DNA of 64,000 bases, taken from positions 55,443,251 to 55,507,250 of the forward strand of contig NC_068989.1 in NCBI RefSeq assembly GCF_001194135.2, given 5' to 3'. This DNA is from Octopus bimaculoides (taxonomy: Eukaryota). A model generated the notes under the pieces. The model saw only the letters and a list, made by a program, of their open reading frames with translations, had not been told where the DNA came from and searched no databases. Both the position numbers and the translations under genes were made by a program. Positions 39,665-53,975 of this stretch are shown here, in pieces. Within the stretch, counting starts at the first letter, position 1; each line of letters starts with the position of its first letter.

Positions 39665-40391
39665 CTGATTATTTACGTAACTATTAAGTTGTTCAGATTA
39701 TTTAGAAAACCTGTTTTTGTCTATGGGAGAACAACAATTGCTACTCTGAAATAAACTACACAACAAAATGAAAATTTTATTGGAAAAAGAATTAAAAATT
39801 ATGAATGAATAGATTATGAAAGAATCAAGAAAAATAACAAGTTCCAACATAAGTACAAAGTCACTTAGCTGAGAAGATGGAAGTTGATTAAAACAAACCC
39901 AGTACTGGGTTGCTGACAAAAGAGCTGTCACTAAATAAGCACAAGTCATTTTATTTGTAGCTCTACCAATTCAGCAACCTACATGTATTAATGGAGAGAT
40001 GTAATATTGCTCCATTTAATTACCAATTTCACAACAACCAACAGCTGACTGAAGAAGGGGTGGGGTGGTGAGTGTGTGGCAAACAAGTAGGCTAAATTGC
40101 TTAATTAATTTTAGCAGTCAAGTTGGTGCTTCACAGCTTCAGATTTAAAACTCTGACAAGGTTCACTTCATTTTGCTTTGCTTTGGGAATTGATAAAATA
40201 AATAGCAGAAGCATTCATAGCTATATAGCTTATAAGGTTTCATTGGTTGCTGCTGTTGTTGTTGTTGTTGTTTAGCCCCAGGTTATCTCTGGCTGAGTAG
40301 ACCTATGATCAAATGTGTCCAGATGTCCCAACACTGGTTATCCTACATTATTTACAATTGACGGATATTTGTCCTCATCTTGTATGTTGTT

Positions 40392-40437
40392 AACACAATG
40401 TTTCGGCTGATATACCCTCCAGCCTTCATCAGGTGTC
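40392..40437 (-). ncRNA. Minimal hammerhead ribozyme motif (Penelope type), sense to the Pax pre-mRNA
   Basis: GACAC-CTGATGA-A-GGCTG-GAGGGTATAT-CAGCC-GAAA-C-ATT-GTGTT. Perfect stem II and stem I GACAC/GTGTT; stem III carries ACAT instead of the palindromic ACGT. Confidence 0.6.
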
Positions 40438-40495
40438 TTAGAGAAATTTCGAACCTGGGTTCTCATTCCTTAGGTATTTTTCGAAATTTCCCCAA

Positions 40496-40538
40496 GACAC
40501 CTGATGAAGGCTGGGGGGTATATCAGTCGAAACGTGTT
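40496..40538 (+). ncRNA. Minimal hammerhead ribozyme motif (Penelope type), probably inactivated
   Basis: GACAC-CTGATGA-A-GGCTG-(10 nt)-CAGTC-GAAA-C-GT-GTT. Core and stem II intact; a 3-nt deletion relative to the other arm disturbs the NUH site and stem I. Confidence 0.6.
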
Positions 40539-42107
40539 AACAACAAACAAGATGAGGGCAAATATCTGTCTAATGTAAATAATGTACATAATTCCTCATC
40601 TCTTAAATATAGAACTGTACTGGTTATCTTATTTCTTCCTTCCTAGATGCAGTATACCTGTGACTACATTACTTAATGTACCTGGCATTACATAATACTG
40701 GCTTCACCACTGGAGGTTAACTCCATTGGCCTTACAAGTTTTCTTAAATAGAGCCATTAGAATCCATCCAATATTATCAAAATATAGTATACCAACAGCA
40801 AGAATAGTAACAAGGAGAAAGATAAATAAAAAAAAACTAAAATACAAGCATCAACATATTACATAAGTGTTGTATTCTGGAAAATTTTACTGAAATATGG
40901 AATTTCCAACCATGAAATTTATTATTTCCCATTGACTCCCATTACTCAGAGGTCATGAAAAAATAAAAAGTTCATGATATGAAATTCCACTTTACAAGAT
41001 ATAAAGTAATGCAATGCTTCTGTCATGCAGCAGGGAGATAGGGATTGAATATCAAAAATAAAATTAATGGTTGGTCAGGATAGGTTAGGACAGACAGGGC
41101 TAGAGAGTGAATTTAACTCAAATATCAATAGGACAAGCAAATGTAGGTAGAGAGAAACAGAGTTGTTACATGAGTGAGTTAACGCTTACATGAAAACATA
41201 GTAAACACAGACAGACATTAGTTGTTTACAAATAAGGATATTTTCATTATAATTTGATATTTGGATTTTCAAATTCGTTGCAATGCACCAAGGAAAAGAT
41301 TTTCAGTATCACCTCCACAACTTTAGAGTGAAAAATTAAATGCAATACAGCTAAAACCTAAGGAGTGCATCACAGATATAAACTCAGATATAGTGTTGTT
41401 ATGGGTTATAGTTCTGGAAGCAAGCAAACATAGAAAATAGCTATGTTAATTTAAAAATGAAGATGACACATAAAAGGCACCCACTGCACTCTTGGAGTGG
41501 TTAGCATTACAAAAGGCATCCAGCCGTAGAAACCATGCCAAATCAGACTGGAGCCTGGTACAGCTCTCCAAACTGTCTAACCCATGCCGGCATGGGAAAT
41601 GGATGCTGTGATGATAATGATGATGGTGATGATGATGATGGTGATGATGATGAGTATGGGCATATGGCCTGGCTCTCCATTCGTTATGATAAATGTTCCA
41701 GTTGATCCAATTAACAGAACAGCCTGCTCATGAAGTTAACATGCAAGTGGCAGAGTGCTCCATAGATACGCATACCCTCAATGTAGTTTTCAAGGAAATT
41801 CAGCATGGCATAGAATGTGATAAGGGTAGACATTTAAATTGCAGGTATAATTCATTTTTGTCAGCTGAGTGAACTGGAGCAACATGAAATAAAGTGTCTA
41901 GCCCAATGAGACAATGTGTTGCCAAGCATCAAACTCACAATCTTATGATCATGTGCTGAATGCCCTAACCACTAAGACACACACCTTCCTGATAAGCATA
42001 TAAGCCATCTATTAAACAATCAAATCTTATTAGGAAATGTATTTATATCTTGTGAAGAATCCTCTTTACACAGCAGTAACACATATGCCTATGTAGAACT
42101 GGGAATA

Positions 42108-42214
<107 letters not shown>

Positions 42215-42519
42215 ATATGGTGAAAAATTAAAAAAATCTAGATGATAAGTTCAAAGTGGCGTGTGTGTGTGTGTGTATGCACACACACACACAAGAGACA
42301 TACACAAAGTAACATATATTTTGTGTCTCGAAATATATGAGTATATAAGTATAAGTATACACATATATGTTTATGTCTAGGTACATATGTATATGCATCT
42401 ATAAATACATGTTGAGAAAACTGTTGCAAATCAGATGGGCTTTCTACATCACTCAACAATTCTTAAATGAACAAACCTAAGTACCAAATAACAACATCAA
42501 TAACAACACCAACAACAAC

Positions 42520-42562
<43 letters not shown>

Positions 42563-42614
42563 TCCCTTCTACATTTATTTTGATAAGTGTGCTGACCAAT
42601 TACACCAAAGGTTT

Positions 42615-43260
42615 CTAATTTAGGCACAAGGCCAGTAATTTCAGTGGGAGGGGTTTAGTTGATTTCATCAACCCTAGTACTTGACTGGTACTTTATTTTA
42701 TGAATCCCAGAAGGAATGAAAAGCAAAGGTGACTTTGGTATTATTTGAACTCTGAATTTGAAGGGTCATAATTAAATAAATAAATGCAACACATTTTTTT
42801 CTGATCATTCTAAGGACTCTGCCAGTTTACCACCTTTGATAACCTTTTCCTATCATAGGTATAAAGTAAAACAGTCAATTATACTGACCCCGTGCCTGAC
42901 CGACCCTTTACTATATCCACCCCAGAGGGATGAAAGGCAAAGTTGACCTGGCCAGGATTTGAACTCAGAATGGAAGGTATCAGAATACTACAAAGCATGT
43001 TTTCTGACATAGATTCTGCCAACCTGCCACCCTAATAATAACAATAAAAATATTACTCTCTATTATAGGCACAACGCCTGAAATTTTGGAGGAGCAGGCT
43101 AATCAGTTACTTCTACCCCAGTGCTCAACTGGAACTTATTTTATTGGCCCCAGACAGATGAAAGGCTAAGTTAACCTTATTAGAATTTGAACTCAGAACA
43201 CAAAGACATGAAATGCCACTAAGCATTTTGCCTGGCATACTAATGATTCTGCTAGCTCAA
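42615..43260 (-). mobile_element. Cluster of three tandem copies of the 53739 SINE family (about 42615-42830, 42860-43030, 43065-43260)
   Basis: Three occurrences of gatgaaaggc/agcaaag...atttgaactc(a/t)gaa. Confidence 0.78.
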
Positions 43261-44088
43261 TAATAATAGCAAAAACTTCTTAGAATACAAGAACTTAATT
43301 ATTGGTGAGTTTGATGTTTGTTGTCCATTCCACTCAAGCATAGATTCTAATAACAACTTTTTCAATTTGTAGTAGAAAAGAATTTGTCATATTCATAGCT
43401 TTCTTAAAAGTACTCGCAAATATCAATAAAGTGATTTCTGCAAGGAACTGAAGCTATTCTTCTATTCTATAGCACTCCCTAAACAGGTGATGTACAGGGT
43501 GAGGGGAAAACAGATACGTAACTCAGTTAAACAGTACAAAACAGAGTATGAAATTATAACTTTGAAGCACTAAACAAAGGACAGCCTAGATAACTATTGT
43601 CTTAGCCATAAAAATTTTAAGTCTCTCAGCAGTTAATTAGCATTATATATATAAATATATAAAAAAAAAAAAAACAGCAGTTACCTAAAAAAATTCCTCT
43701 GATTACATGTAAAAATTCTTTCAGCTGAGAAGTTAGTGACAAAAAACATCAAAAGTTGAAATAGCTAACCTTGAGTGAATTTGGATGAAGAATCACAACA
43801 GAAGGAGGCCAGCCGCAGATACAGAGTACAACCACACCAAAGTTTGGAAAAACGGTATAAGAGGTAGGCAAAGGGTTATATCAATGTATGAATTCTAAAA
43901 TCCCTTCTAATGAAATCACCAAAAACTTTACACCAAATCATTTTAATATGGGGTGGGGGGAACTATGCAAACAGGTCAGGTGATAGAGTGACAATTCATA
44001 ACTGAAAGCATACCATATAGTCATACATGCACATGCAAATTATGCATCTGTGTAATATCTTTCCATTGCATACACATTCATAGCTGCA

Positions 44089-44089
<1 letters not shown>

Positions 44090-44168
<79 letters not shown>
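44090..44168. repeat. (AT)n microsatellite
   Basis: Directly visible. Confidence 0.98.
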
Positions 44169-44172
<4 letters not shown>

Positions 44173-46587
44173 CATTATATATATAATACATATATAAAGC
44201 TTCTATTTATAATGCATTTATATAATCAAAAGAAATTGGAGAACTGCAAAGCATTACAATTGTCAAGAAGAATTGATATTGGTGCTATATGGAACAGCAG
44301 TAGCACCGCCTCTTCATGAAGTTTGATAACTTTTTTTTGTTTGAAGTAGAGCACAAAAGTATGCTCAATATAGGCTCATGCAAGAGCAAAACTAAACATT
44401 AGAAAATGTTTTAAACTCAATGAAAGACACACTAAAGTTGGTATTGAAAAACAAAAAAAACACAAAAAATTGCAATAATAATAATAATAAATAATGTATT
44501 CTTCCCTTTCTGTCTCTCAATGTATCTCACCAGAACAACTTCCAATCCCCAATGAAAGAACAACAAGATAAGAATTGCTAAGCTAACAGTCATTTGTCAC
44601 GAGTGCAGGAAGTGGGAGTACGACAAGCAGATCAGCCAGTCTGATGTAAGCCACAATAGCTTCACCTCTTTATTATATTCGCAACACTCTTCATGGAAAT
44701 CTACACTCAATATAGACATTATGGAAACTAACACAAGGCAGAACTTGAGAGGAAAAGACCTCAAGAATAAGCAAGGCAAGGAAAAAAAATATATAACAAG
44801 CTATTGGTAAATGTGGACAAATAGAGAGTAATGTTAGAGATCATGCCAGTATTTTGGCAAGAAAGGAATTCTTTTAAGTGGTTAATGTAAAATGTCTTAG
44901 AAAATGATTTTAAATAAAATAAGAATAATAATTAAAAAAAAAAAAGGCATGAAGAGAAATGACAAGTGAATAGCTGCAATTGAAATAGGAATAATTCAAC
45001 TTATACAGAATATCTCTTTATTCATGCTATCAATAAGGACTGCTATATAGCTATGTCACTGATAAACGCCTTTACTAGGTAGTGAGCGGAAAATTCTAGA
45101 GAATTGTAGTAAAACATCAAATGAAAAATCTTTTATAAAAACACAAAAAAAAAAGCAATATCTTACACACATATAAAAGGTAAGGGGGGGGGGAGCAAAA
45201 AGAGCTAATAAGAATTTTCAAAGTAAAGCAGTATTTTGATGGATAATCAGTCATAGTTAAGAATAATATTAATATATAGAGGATTTTTCAGTGGTAAACA
45301 CACAAGGTAGGGTCGGTTGTTAGAATTCTGAGATAAAAAGTCTTTATTAATGCGTATACATATATTATTCTGGTACCGGAACACAAATTGTAAGCAACCA
45401 ATAGAATTGCAACAATCTGAGGCAGGTTTCTGTTAGCACACAATGATAAATCTTGGAAACTTTGCTGTCAAAAGCTATCAGGTGAAAAGTATTGAAAATA
45501 AAACTAATAATAAAAATGTTCACTAAACATACCATTGACACAAAAGTAGATTTGTTAGAGAATAAGATGTTATTTGAGAAAGTTAAAAGATGTTAGTAGC
45601 CACAGGCAATAGTTAGTTACACCTCGTGTATTAAGTTGGTTGGTTATTATTTCTTTGTTGTTGTTTTTTTTTGCACACGCACACATATATATACATGGCA
45701 CATTTGGTTATCATTCCTTTTCATCTTACATCATAATTAACTTGAGAGCAATAAAAGACCAAAATAAAATTATCAATAAATAAGTAAGCATAAAAGATTA
45801 CAAGGAAAGAGAGAGAGGGGGGAGAAAAGTAAAATAAAATGTACAAGATAAAATGCCAGTTTAGAAAAAAAAAATCCAAACTGAGAAATTTGCACAGAAT
45901 GAACCCAGCAACAACTAAAAGTTATTTCTGCATTCTGATATAATTCAGGTAAATATGGTAGGGGCATGCACATGTAATATAGCAAGGTGAAAACTTTCTA
46001 TTAAGATTATCCAAGCAATTAGTAGATAAAAACTCCCTCCACAGGGTGTTTAAACCTTAAAAACAACAAGTCAGATAAATCTATATTGTTGATATTCATA
46101 ATCACTGTTACTACATTGCCTCCACTCCTGTATGTATGAGTGATGATGTGTATTGTATACACATTCCAGTGCCACATAAAAGAGCACTCATACCGGTGCC
46201 ACATAAAGAGCACCCAACACACACTGTAAAGTGGTTGGTGTTAGGAAGGACATCCAGCCATAGAAAGCAAGCCAAATCAAATTGGAACCTGGTGCAACCC
46301 TCCTACTTGCCAGCTCCAGTCAAACCATCCAACCCATGCCAGCATGGAAAACAGATGTTAAAGGATGACGATGATGTGTATATAAGTGTGGCTGGGTGGT
46401 TAAGAAGCTTGCTTCCCAACTATACTGCATTGGGTTCAGTCCCACTGTGTAGCACTTTGGGTAAGTGTCATCAACTACAGCCCTGGACCAACCAAAACCT
46501 TGAGAATGGACTTGGACAGAAACTAAAACAAAACAATGATATGAAACACACATGTCACTCTGAGATTAATGATTCTGCTGCTGCTGC

Positions 46588-46636
<49 letters not shown>
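46588..46636. repeat. (AAT)n microsatellite (another at about 42520-42560)
   Basis: Directly visible. Confidence 0.97.
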
Positions 46637-46726
46637 TGCAGCATATAAAAGTAGCTTGACAGTAGCCTTTTATAATAAGACATTGCACCAGTTATATTGA
46701 TCTTTATATATCTGTTTGAAAATGAA

Positions 46727-46765
<39 letters not shown>

Positions 46766-49700
46766 TGTGTTTGTGTGCGCGTGCACATGTGTGTATGTTT
46801 GTGTGTGTGTGCACATGGTTGATAGTGGATATGTGCACAAATGTAAGCAAATACCCATGCAAATTTCTGTGAAGATTCATGCATGGACATGCATTCTTTC
46901 ATGCACACACATACACACAATCACATACCTGCAAATGTCTATGGAGCTGATATAAGAATATGAGTGAAGTACGATTATCAGTCAGTAGTAGTAGAGAATG
47001 AGTGTGCAGAATTCCATTTGTATATGAAGAGAAAGAGAGTTATCAATGAAACAGACCAACACATAAGGAAAAAATAAAACAGAAAAAAAAAACAGTTGGA
47101 TGTGTGAGTGTGAGTATTTGTGAATTTATAATGGATAGCAAGAGATAGGGTACCAAGCCACAGAAATTATGTATACTAATAATATACAAATTTGCAACAC
47201 CAACCAACTATAACACATTATGTAAAAATGAATAGATGTGTTTGTGTATTGAGAGAGAAAAGGAGAAGAGGAAAGAGAAAGGCAGATATAACATATTCCC
47301 ATGTAAGAGAATGTTGGTTTGATGTTAAAACTCTGTAACATTGTGAATCTGTGAGCGCTCTAACTGATAAAAGAAAAAGAAAAAACACAGAGAGAGAGAG
47401 AGATCAGAACAAATATCACAGTTGGTGGGAAACATGAGATGCATTGCTGGACATGGTTTGTTGCATCACTGAGAGGTCCTGAAGATTAAAGTTAGAAGGA
47501 AGTTTGCAAATAAATGCTGCTGGAATCTGGTTTCTTGTCAAGCTGTAATGTTTGGGGATGCTGTTTCTGAGCGCACTGAGTGTTTGAGATCAACATTGAT
47601 TAGGCAGCTGAGTGTGGAAGGTAGCAAGCAGCAAGTCCAGTAGTGCACAAAAGTCCATTAATAAAAGTGATGCAAATAGTTTCTGCTAGTCTGTAAAGAA
47701 ACTACACAGTCCACTAAACAATTGTATCTCTCTGCTCCAGTGATCAACAAACAAACATTGCTAGTTGAGAAGATAGTTGAACAGTGGTGAAACCGTAGAG
47801 AAATCAATAATGTACCGTCAGGCAAAGTGACATAATAATAAAAAAAAAACATCAAGTCATTGCAGAATAGAAAAAAAAATATTAACTGAAAATAAGTATC
47901 CCAATTATAATCTTCCAACATCATGCACACATGCTCTTGAATAAGCATAATGAGAGCTTGTGGCAAATATAGCAGGTGGATATATATATAAAAAAAAAAA
48001 GGATGTCGATCTCTAAGAAAGAAGGGAAACTTTAAACACAATGGCAATCTCAGTAGGAACTTGTTTTCCACAGCTTTCAAGACAAGTTTCATGGGATGTT
48101 GCATTGAACCGAGCTGGGTAACATGCCCTGGATACCTGTTAATATGATATAGAAAAACCTGGCAGTTTTATAAAAAGTGCCCTGCGTAAGATACAAAATC
48201 TACCTTGGCAAAATAGAAACACTCCAGAAAATTTCACAGGGTCTGGAAACACTTGTTGAAACATGATTATTGGCTAAAGTCTGTGGCCAATTTAGTCTCA
48301 ATAAAAAAATTCTTCAAATCATTTCAGTTAAGTGATTTTATAAGAGTTTTCTTTTTGGTGTCTTCAATTCTAAAAGTCACTAAAGAAAGCCTATGTCTAC
48401 AAATTTCATGGATAATATCAAAGATTGCAGCTCACTATATTATATATGTGAAACTCCACTGAGGTATTTTAACCTCAGCTATATTGCAGATACACCAAAG
48501 CATATTAGTGACATAATAAATAAGACTTAATGTCTCATTCCATGTTGAGTCACAGAAATTGCTCTCTTCCCCTACCAAGGAAGAGTCTTGTACAAACACA
48601 GACAACTGCATGATGACCAAGAAGTCATTCCTGTCTTTGTAACTATTAGAGTTGATATGTAATTGAGAACAGCAGAGAATTGAACCTAAGCAAAATGCTG
48701 AACATTAAAAACCATGTCTACACCAACAAGAAGGTTTCCAACAACATTGTTTATACAAGATCTTGTGTGGAACGAGGACATTTAGGAAAAGACTGCTTAC
48801 TTCTATACTGAAAAAACATTGTCAAAAGGTATCAATTCAAGTGATTAAAATGAGAAATATGACACCAGTTTTATAAATAAGAGTTGTGTGAGGAACTGGA
48901 ACAGGTTGGATGAGGTGATAGAAGTTCAAGGATGATGCAACATGACAAAAGCTTCTCTATCAACCATTCTCTTTAGGGAAAGTAAACTCTTGATTATGTA
49001 TTAGAGAAGAGAACTTTTCATCTCAGTTTAACATTTGAACTAAAATGAAAGAAAATTCAGGAGTATGAACTCATAATGAATTCTATAGCATTAAGACAAC
49101 CGGATCTAAGTATTTTTCCAGAATAGTCCATTGTTGTAGATAAGATTAAACTTGAAAATGTATTGCAATCAAGTTTCCTAGAAAAACACATATTTATTGA
49201 TAAATGTACACAAAATGTTACACAGCATGTTTTGTGCAGAGCGATAAGTTACAAGCACTGATCTAAACTAAATTACATATAAATTATGTCATGTAAATAA
49301 ATATGCATTCAAATATTAAAGAACAAAGTTTGTATGATCAAAATATAAGCAGAGTCCTATCAACAGACATAATTATTTTTAAACTTGAAAGAGTTTATAG
49401 TTCTAAACATTATTTACACTACACACTCAAAAGTTTATGTGTCTACCTACACTGGTTACATATAAATTTTCACTTCAAATAGAGTAGTACTGAAGAATGT
49501 TTTTTGTGTTCTTTTAAGCTTTGGTGATTTTCTCAAAGTAATATTTTTATCAGTATATGTAGGTGCCATATTGACACATTGTCTGAGTATTGGATAGAAT
49601 GACTTGCAGTATTTGTTTCAAATTCTGTGCTCCAAGTTCAAATCCAGCTGAAATCAACTTTGTCTTCATCCTTTTCAAACTGACACAAAGATTCTAATTA

Positions 49701-50129
49701 CAATGTGGTAGACTAGCAGAACTGGATGGGAGGCCTTGCAATATCGATTCAAGCCATTTGCATCCTGACAGCAACACCTACAAATGACATAACATCAGCT
49801 TGAAAGTGATGGCCTTGCTCTTGAGTAACATCAAAGGCTAGAAGAGATAGGGAGACCTGTTTGCAAGGGCAACTGCCAATCATAAAATAAACTTGCCCAG
49901 GCTTGTGCAAACAAATGCAGATATAAGGTCAAACCTGAACAGCAGAGCTCTCCTTTCTCTCTATGTATATCTGCATGTGCACAAGCAATTACAATAGTCT
50001 GCTGCTGTGGTTCTGTACCAATATACCACATATTTGAAGAAAAAAAAACTATAATTTAAGGTTGCAGAATATCAATACTAATGTTTAAGCATCTCGAAAA
50101 CATGTTATACATAATTTCGTTATGTATTT

Positions 50130-50500
50130 TCCTTTTACTTTTCTCAGTCATTGGACTGCGATCATACTGGGACACCACCTTCAAGGGTTTTAGTCAAACA
50201 AATCAACCCTAGTGCTTGAGGTTTTTTTTTGTTCTTTTTGTAAGTCTGGTAGTTATTTTATTACCTTCTTTTGCTGAACAACTAAGTTATCAGGACATAA
50301 ACAAACCAACATCAGCTAGCAAGTGGTTGAACACACATACACTCACATCCAATGAGCTTCCAAACAGTCCAATCTACAAAATTTACTCACAAGGCATTGG
50401 TCAGCCTAGGGCTATATAGTAGAAGACATTTGCCCAAGGTACCATACAGTGGGACTGAACAACAAACTACATGGTTACAAAGTGAGCATAACCACATAGC
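50130..50500 (-). mobile_element. Full bipartite SINE, old copy
   Basis: Same architecture as 3590-3940. Confidence 0.68.
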
Positions 50501-51768
50501 CATGTTAGTACCTATATATGATGAACAAAACAAGATAAACAATAACTTTTTATATGTTTTTTCTAAATTTCTAACTTTTAAACAACTTTTTATCTTTTGC
50601 TAAATTTTCTCTGCAAAGCAAATAGCTATCTTGTCTTCAGTTTGATCTCCAGTGCATCATGAAGTTAAAAGAATGAGAACGACTGCACTATAAAGACAAA
50701 CATGTAAATACCGCATTATAAATACAGAAAGAGGTCAGTAAATGATATATTGATGGGAACACTATTGTGAAGTATGACATGACAAAACTAAAAACAATGG
50801 GCATTGAGAGATATGTTAGAAGGCCATAGTTCTGTAAGTAGTAAGCATGAGTCATGGGGGCACAAGTTTATTACTCTATGATAAAACTAAATGCGCAAAA
50901 AAATCCTGGGATTGGTTAGAGATCCACTGATGAGACTATACTTGTTTGCATATTTCTTCAACATGCACTGCTCTCATATTAAAAGATAACAGATTATCAC
51001 ATGACTAAATAACCTAAAATAACTGGCCTCAAATTTGAAGATATAGAGTTAGCTAAAACACTGCTGTGGAAAATTACCCATTTTAGAGTAAATGTGATCA
51101 AATGATGCCAACAGATTGCCTGAATCTGTATACACATCACTGCAACAAGGTTCAAAACAACAGATTGTCACAATGCCTAAACTATCTACACATGAGCTAA
51201 CAATGGAGCCTCCATAACCATTTGACCAGCTTGAAATAACAGCTAAATTGCCTGTGAAAAAAGAGGATACACAGGATAATGGTAGTTGTATAGAAACACA
51301 AAATGGTCCTAAGTTTGCTTGACAAGGGCCAACTACAACTTGCCCATATACTGGTCAGCAGGTAGTGAGAAATAGTACTTTTCACTTCACAGTTCAGTGT
51401 TTGTGATAGGCAGCAATATAATTTACATTAGACAGCAAGCTGGCAGATTCAATAGTATGTTGAGCGACATTTCATCTCTCTTTACGTTCTGGGTTCAAAT
51501 GCCACTAGGGTTGATAAAATAAGTACCAGTTAAGCATTGGCATTGATTTAATCACCTTAGCTCTGGCTCTGAAATTTCTGACCTGGTACCAAAAATTTGA
51601 AACTAACATAATTTAGATTGAAAGATCTGTGCAGTTTATGATATAAACATGAAAGAATCAAAATGAAACAACTAAACAGAAAAGAAAAACACACGCAATC
51701 CTCAGTTGTGCTGTAGATTCAGTAACATATACATTAATTTTAGATTATTAGGAATTACTCTGTACAAG

Positions 51769-51811
<43 letters not shown>

Positions 51812-53738
51812 TTCTGTGTTAGTGCAATGGAAATCTCCACTCTGCATATGGTCAAACGATTGGTGAACATGCAGAGGTAAAGTAAGCTTGGGTTGTCCTT
51901 TAGCATTGTCTCACTGAAGACTTGAAAACTTCTCTGATGCTGACACCATGAAAAATACACCTAGTACAGAGTGTAAAGTTGATGGTAAGTCAATGGGGAA
52001 AGCATAAGGTTGCAAGGTGTCTTTAGTTTAGTCTCACTGAAGATTCATCAACAACTTCTAGTGATGACGCCATGAGTAATGCAACTAGTAAACTCTGTGA
52101 AGTGGTTGTCAATAGGAAAGGCAACCAAAAACCAAACTAAAGGAACACATATGAGCACCAGCCTATGACAGCGGTGACTCCCAATAAGAAATGACTGGGG
52201 TTGTGACCTGCCCAAAAGATGCAGGTATCATGGAAAGCGGATGTAAAAATGATGATGTTGATGGTGACACATTAGAATCTAGATTAGTTTATTTTTATTA
52301 ATAAATTCAATGTCATGACAGTTATAAATTATTAGCACTGTTGTAACCCTGAAGACTATTCCTTTGGATTCGTTTGCGTAGTGTTTCTGACAACAATATC
52401 TGCTAACTTGAAGCATTTTCCTTTAACTTCAGTTTGGCTTTACAGAGCAAAAAGAAAGAATTCTGAGCTGATGCCAGAATATGACAAATATCTTGTGAGT
52501 TTGAAGTGTCAACTGTCTAAATCAACAATGTTACAGAATTAACTTTACTAACAGCCTATATTATAATTACCGACAGCCTAAATTATAATTACTAGCTGTA
52601 GAGTAAAATGATACATAAGTAAGAAAATAATGGAAAGTGTACATTCACATGAGTTACACAGAGTGAAATTTGTTTCAAAGAAATTACTGCTACCTAATGA
52701 TTATTATGTTTTTGAAATAACAAGTATTATTTTGCACACAATTTTCTTCCAGTATATTTACATTGAACACCTAACAATTCATATAGACTAATGACAGAAC
52801 CCTCCCATCAACTGCCACTTGACCTACTGAAAAGAGCACCCAAAATCAAACCCTACTATATATAAAAAGGAAGGATACATTAGATATATTTGTGGTGAGG
52901 AACTTTCGTAGCTGGAACACTTTTGCCCTGGAACTAAATAACAAGTTTGCTATTTCTAGTTTGTTCTACTAATTCACCCTCAACAGCAACATAATCCCCA
53001 AAGTCTCCATATATCACTTGTACAATGGTTCTCAAACTAGCAAACACCAATGTTCCACTGCAAGAAAATTAGTATATTCTTCAACTTACTTCAGTTTATT
53101 TTAATATCATTCGTCTTTCTTTGCCATGGAGTTTAACAGGTTTAACCATATAAAACCACTATATTTCTAATAAATAGAGCAATTTTGTCTTCCCCCACCT
53201 CCTCACCACTTTCAATCCCCGCAACTAAGCCCCTAGTGCTGTTAGACATATGTAAATTGTACATTAATAAAAAGTAGATACCAAAAATATATATTTGAAA
53301 GAGCATGCCCAGTTATATTTCTGATGTATACTACTAAAAGGTGGTGGCGATTTAGCAGAGTAGTTAGGAATTTGGGAGAGAATACCGAGTGGTACTTGAT
53401 CTGGTCACCTGCAATCCAGAGGCTACATCCTGCCAAGGCCGACTTCCCTTTAATCTTTTCACAGTAAAATAAAAATGTGCTAATTCAGAATAGGGTATTA
53501 GAAGAACTGTTAAAGGATCAGATGAAATGTCTTATGGTATCAGTTCCAAGCTCTTTCTTTACATTCTGACAGCAAAGCTTGTGTCATCACTGGTGCCAAG
53601 CTGTCCCAACCCATGTGAGTAGCCTTTCCTCTGGATAAACATTGGGGTTGAGAAGAGGGAAGACTTACAGGTATGGGTGAATGCTAGACTAACTCAAAGA
53701 AATATACATAGATGAAATATACATATACAAATATAAAA

Positions 53739-53975
53739 GGCGGTGAGCTGGCAGAAACGTTAGCACGCCAGGTGAAATGCTTAGCGGTATTTCGTCTGCC
53801 GTTACGTTCCGAGTTCAAATTCTGCCGAGGTCGACTTTTCCTTTCATCCTTTCGGGGTCGATAAATTAAGTTCCAGTTACGCACTGGCGTTGATGTAATC
53901 GACTTAATCCCTTTGTCTGTCCTTGTTTGTCCCCTCTGTGTTTAGCCCCTTGTGGGCAATAAAGAAATAAGAAAT
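53739..53975 (+). mobile_element. Young full-length tRNA-derived SINE
   Basis: A box tggcagaaacgttag, B box gagttcaaattc (53811-53822), A-rich tail, about 15 intact CpGs. Confidence 0.9.

Larger units (their letters stand above)
40344..40616. mobile_element. Penelope-like element terminal-repeat (pLTR) fragment arranged as an inverted repeat
   Basis: Arms 40344-40453 and 40480-40586 are reverse complements (about 90% by eye, 26-nt spacer). Each carries CTGATGAAG...CGAAAC, typical of Penelope pLTRs. Confidence 0.75.

Noticed and set aside
47400-47840. Non-repetitive block with acceptor tttctttacag as a coding exon
   Set aside because: All frames close within about 60 codons and no clear donor; could be UTR or enhancer but is not supportable.
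53739-53825. tRNA gene
   Set aside because: A and B boxes continue into a multicopy body and A-rich tail, so it is a SINE.
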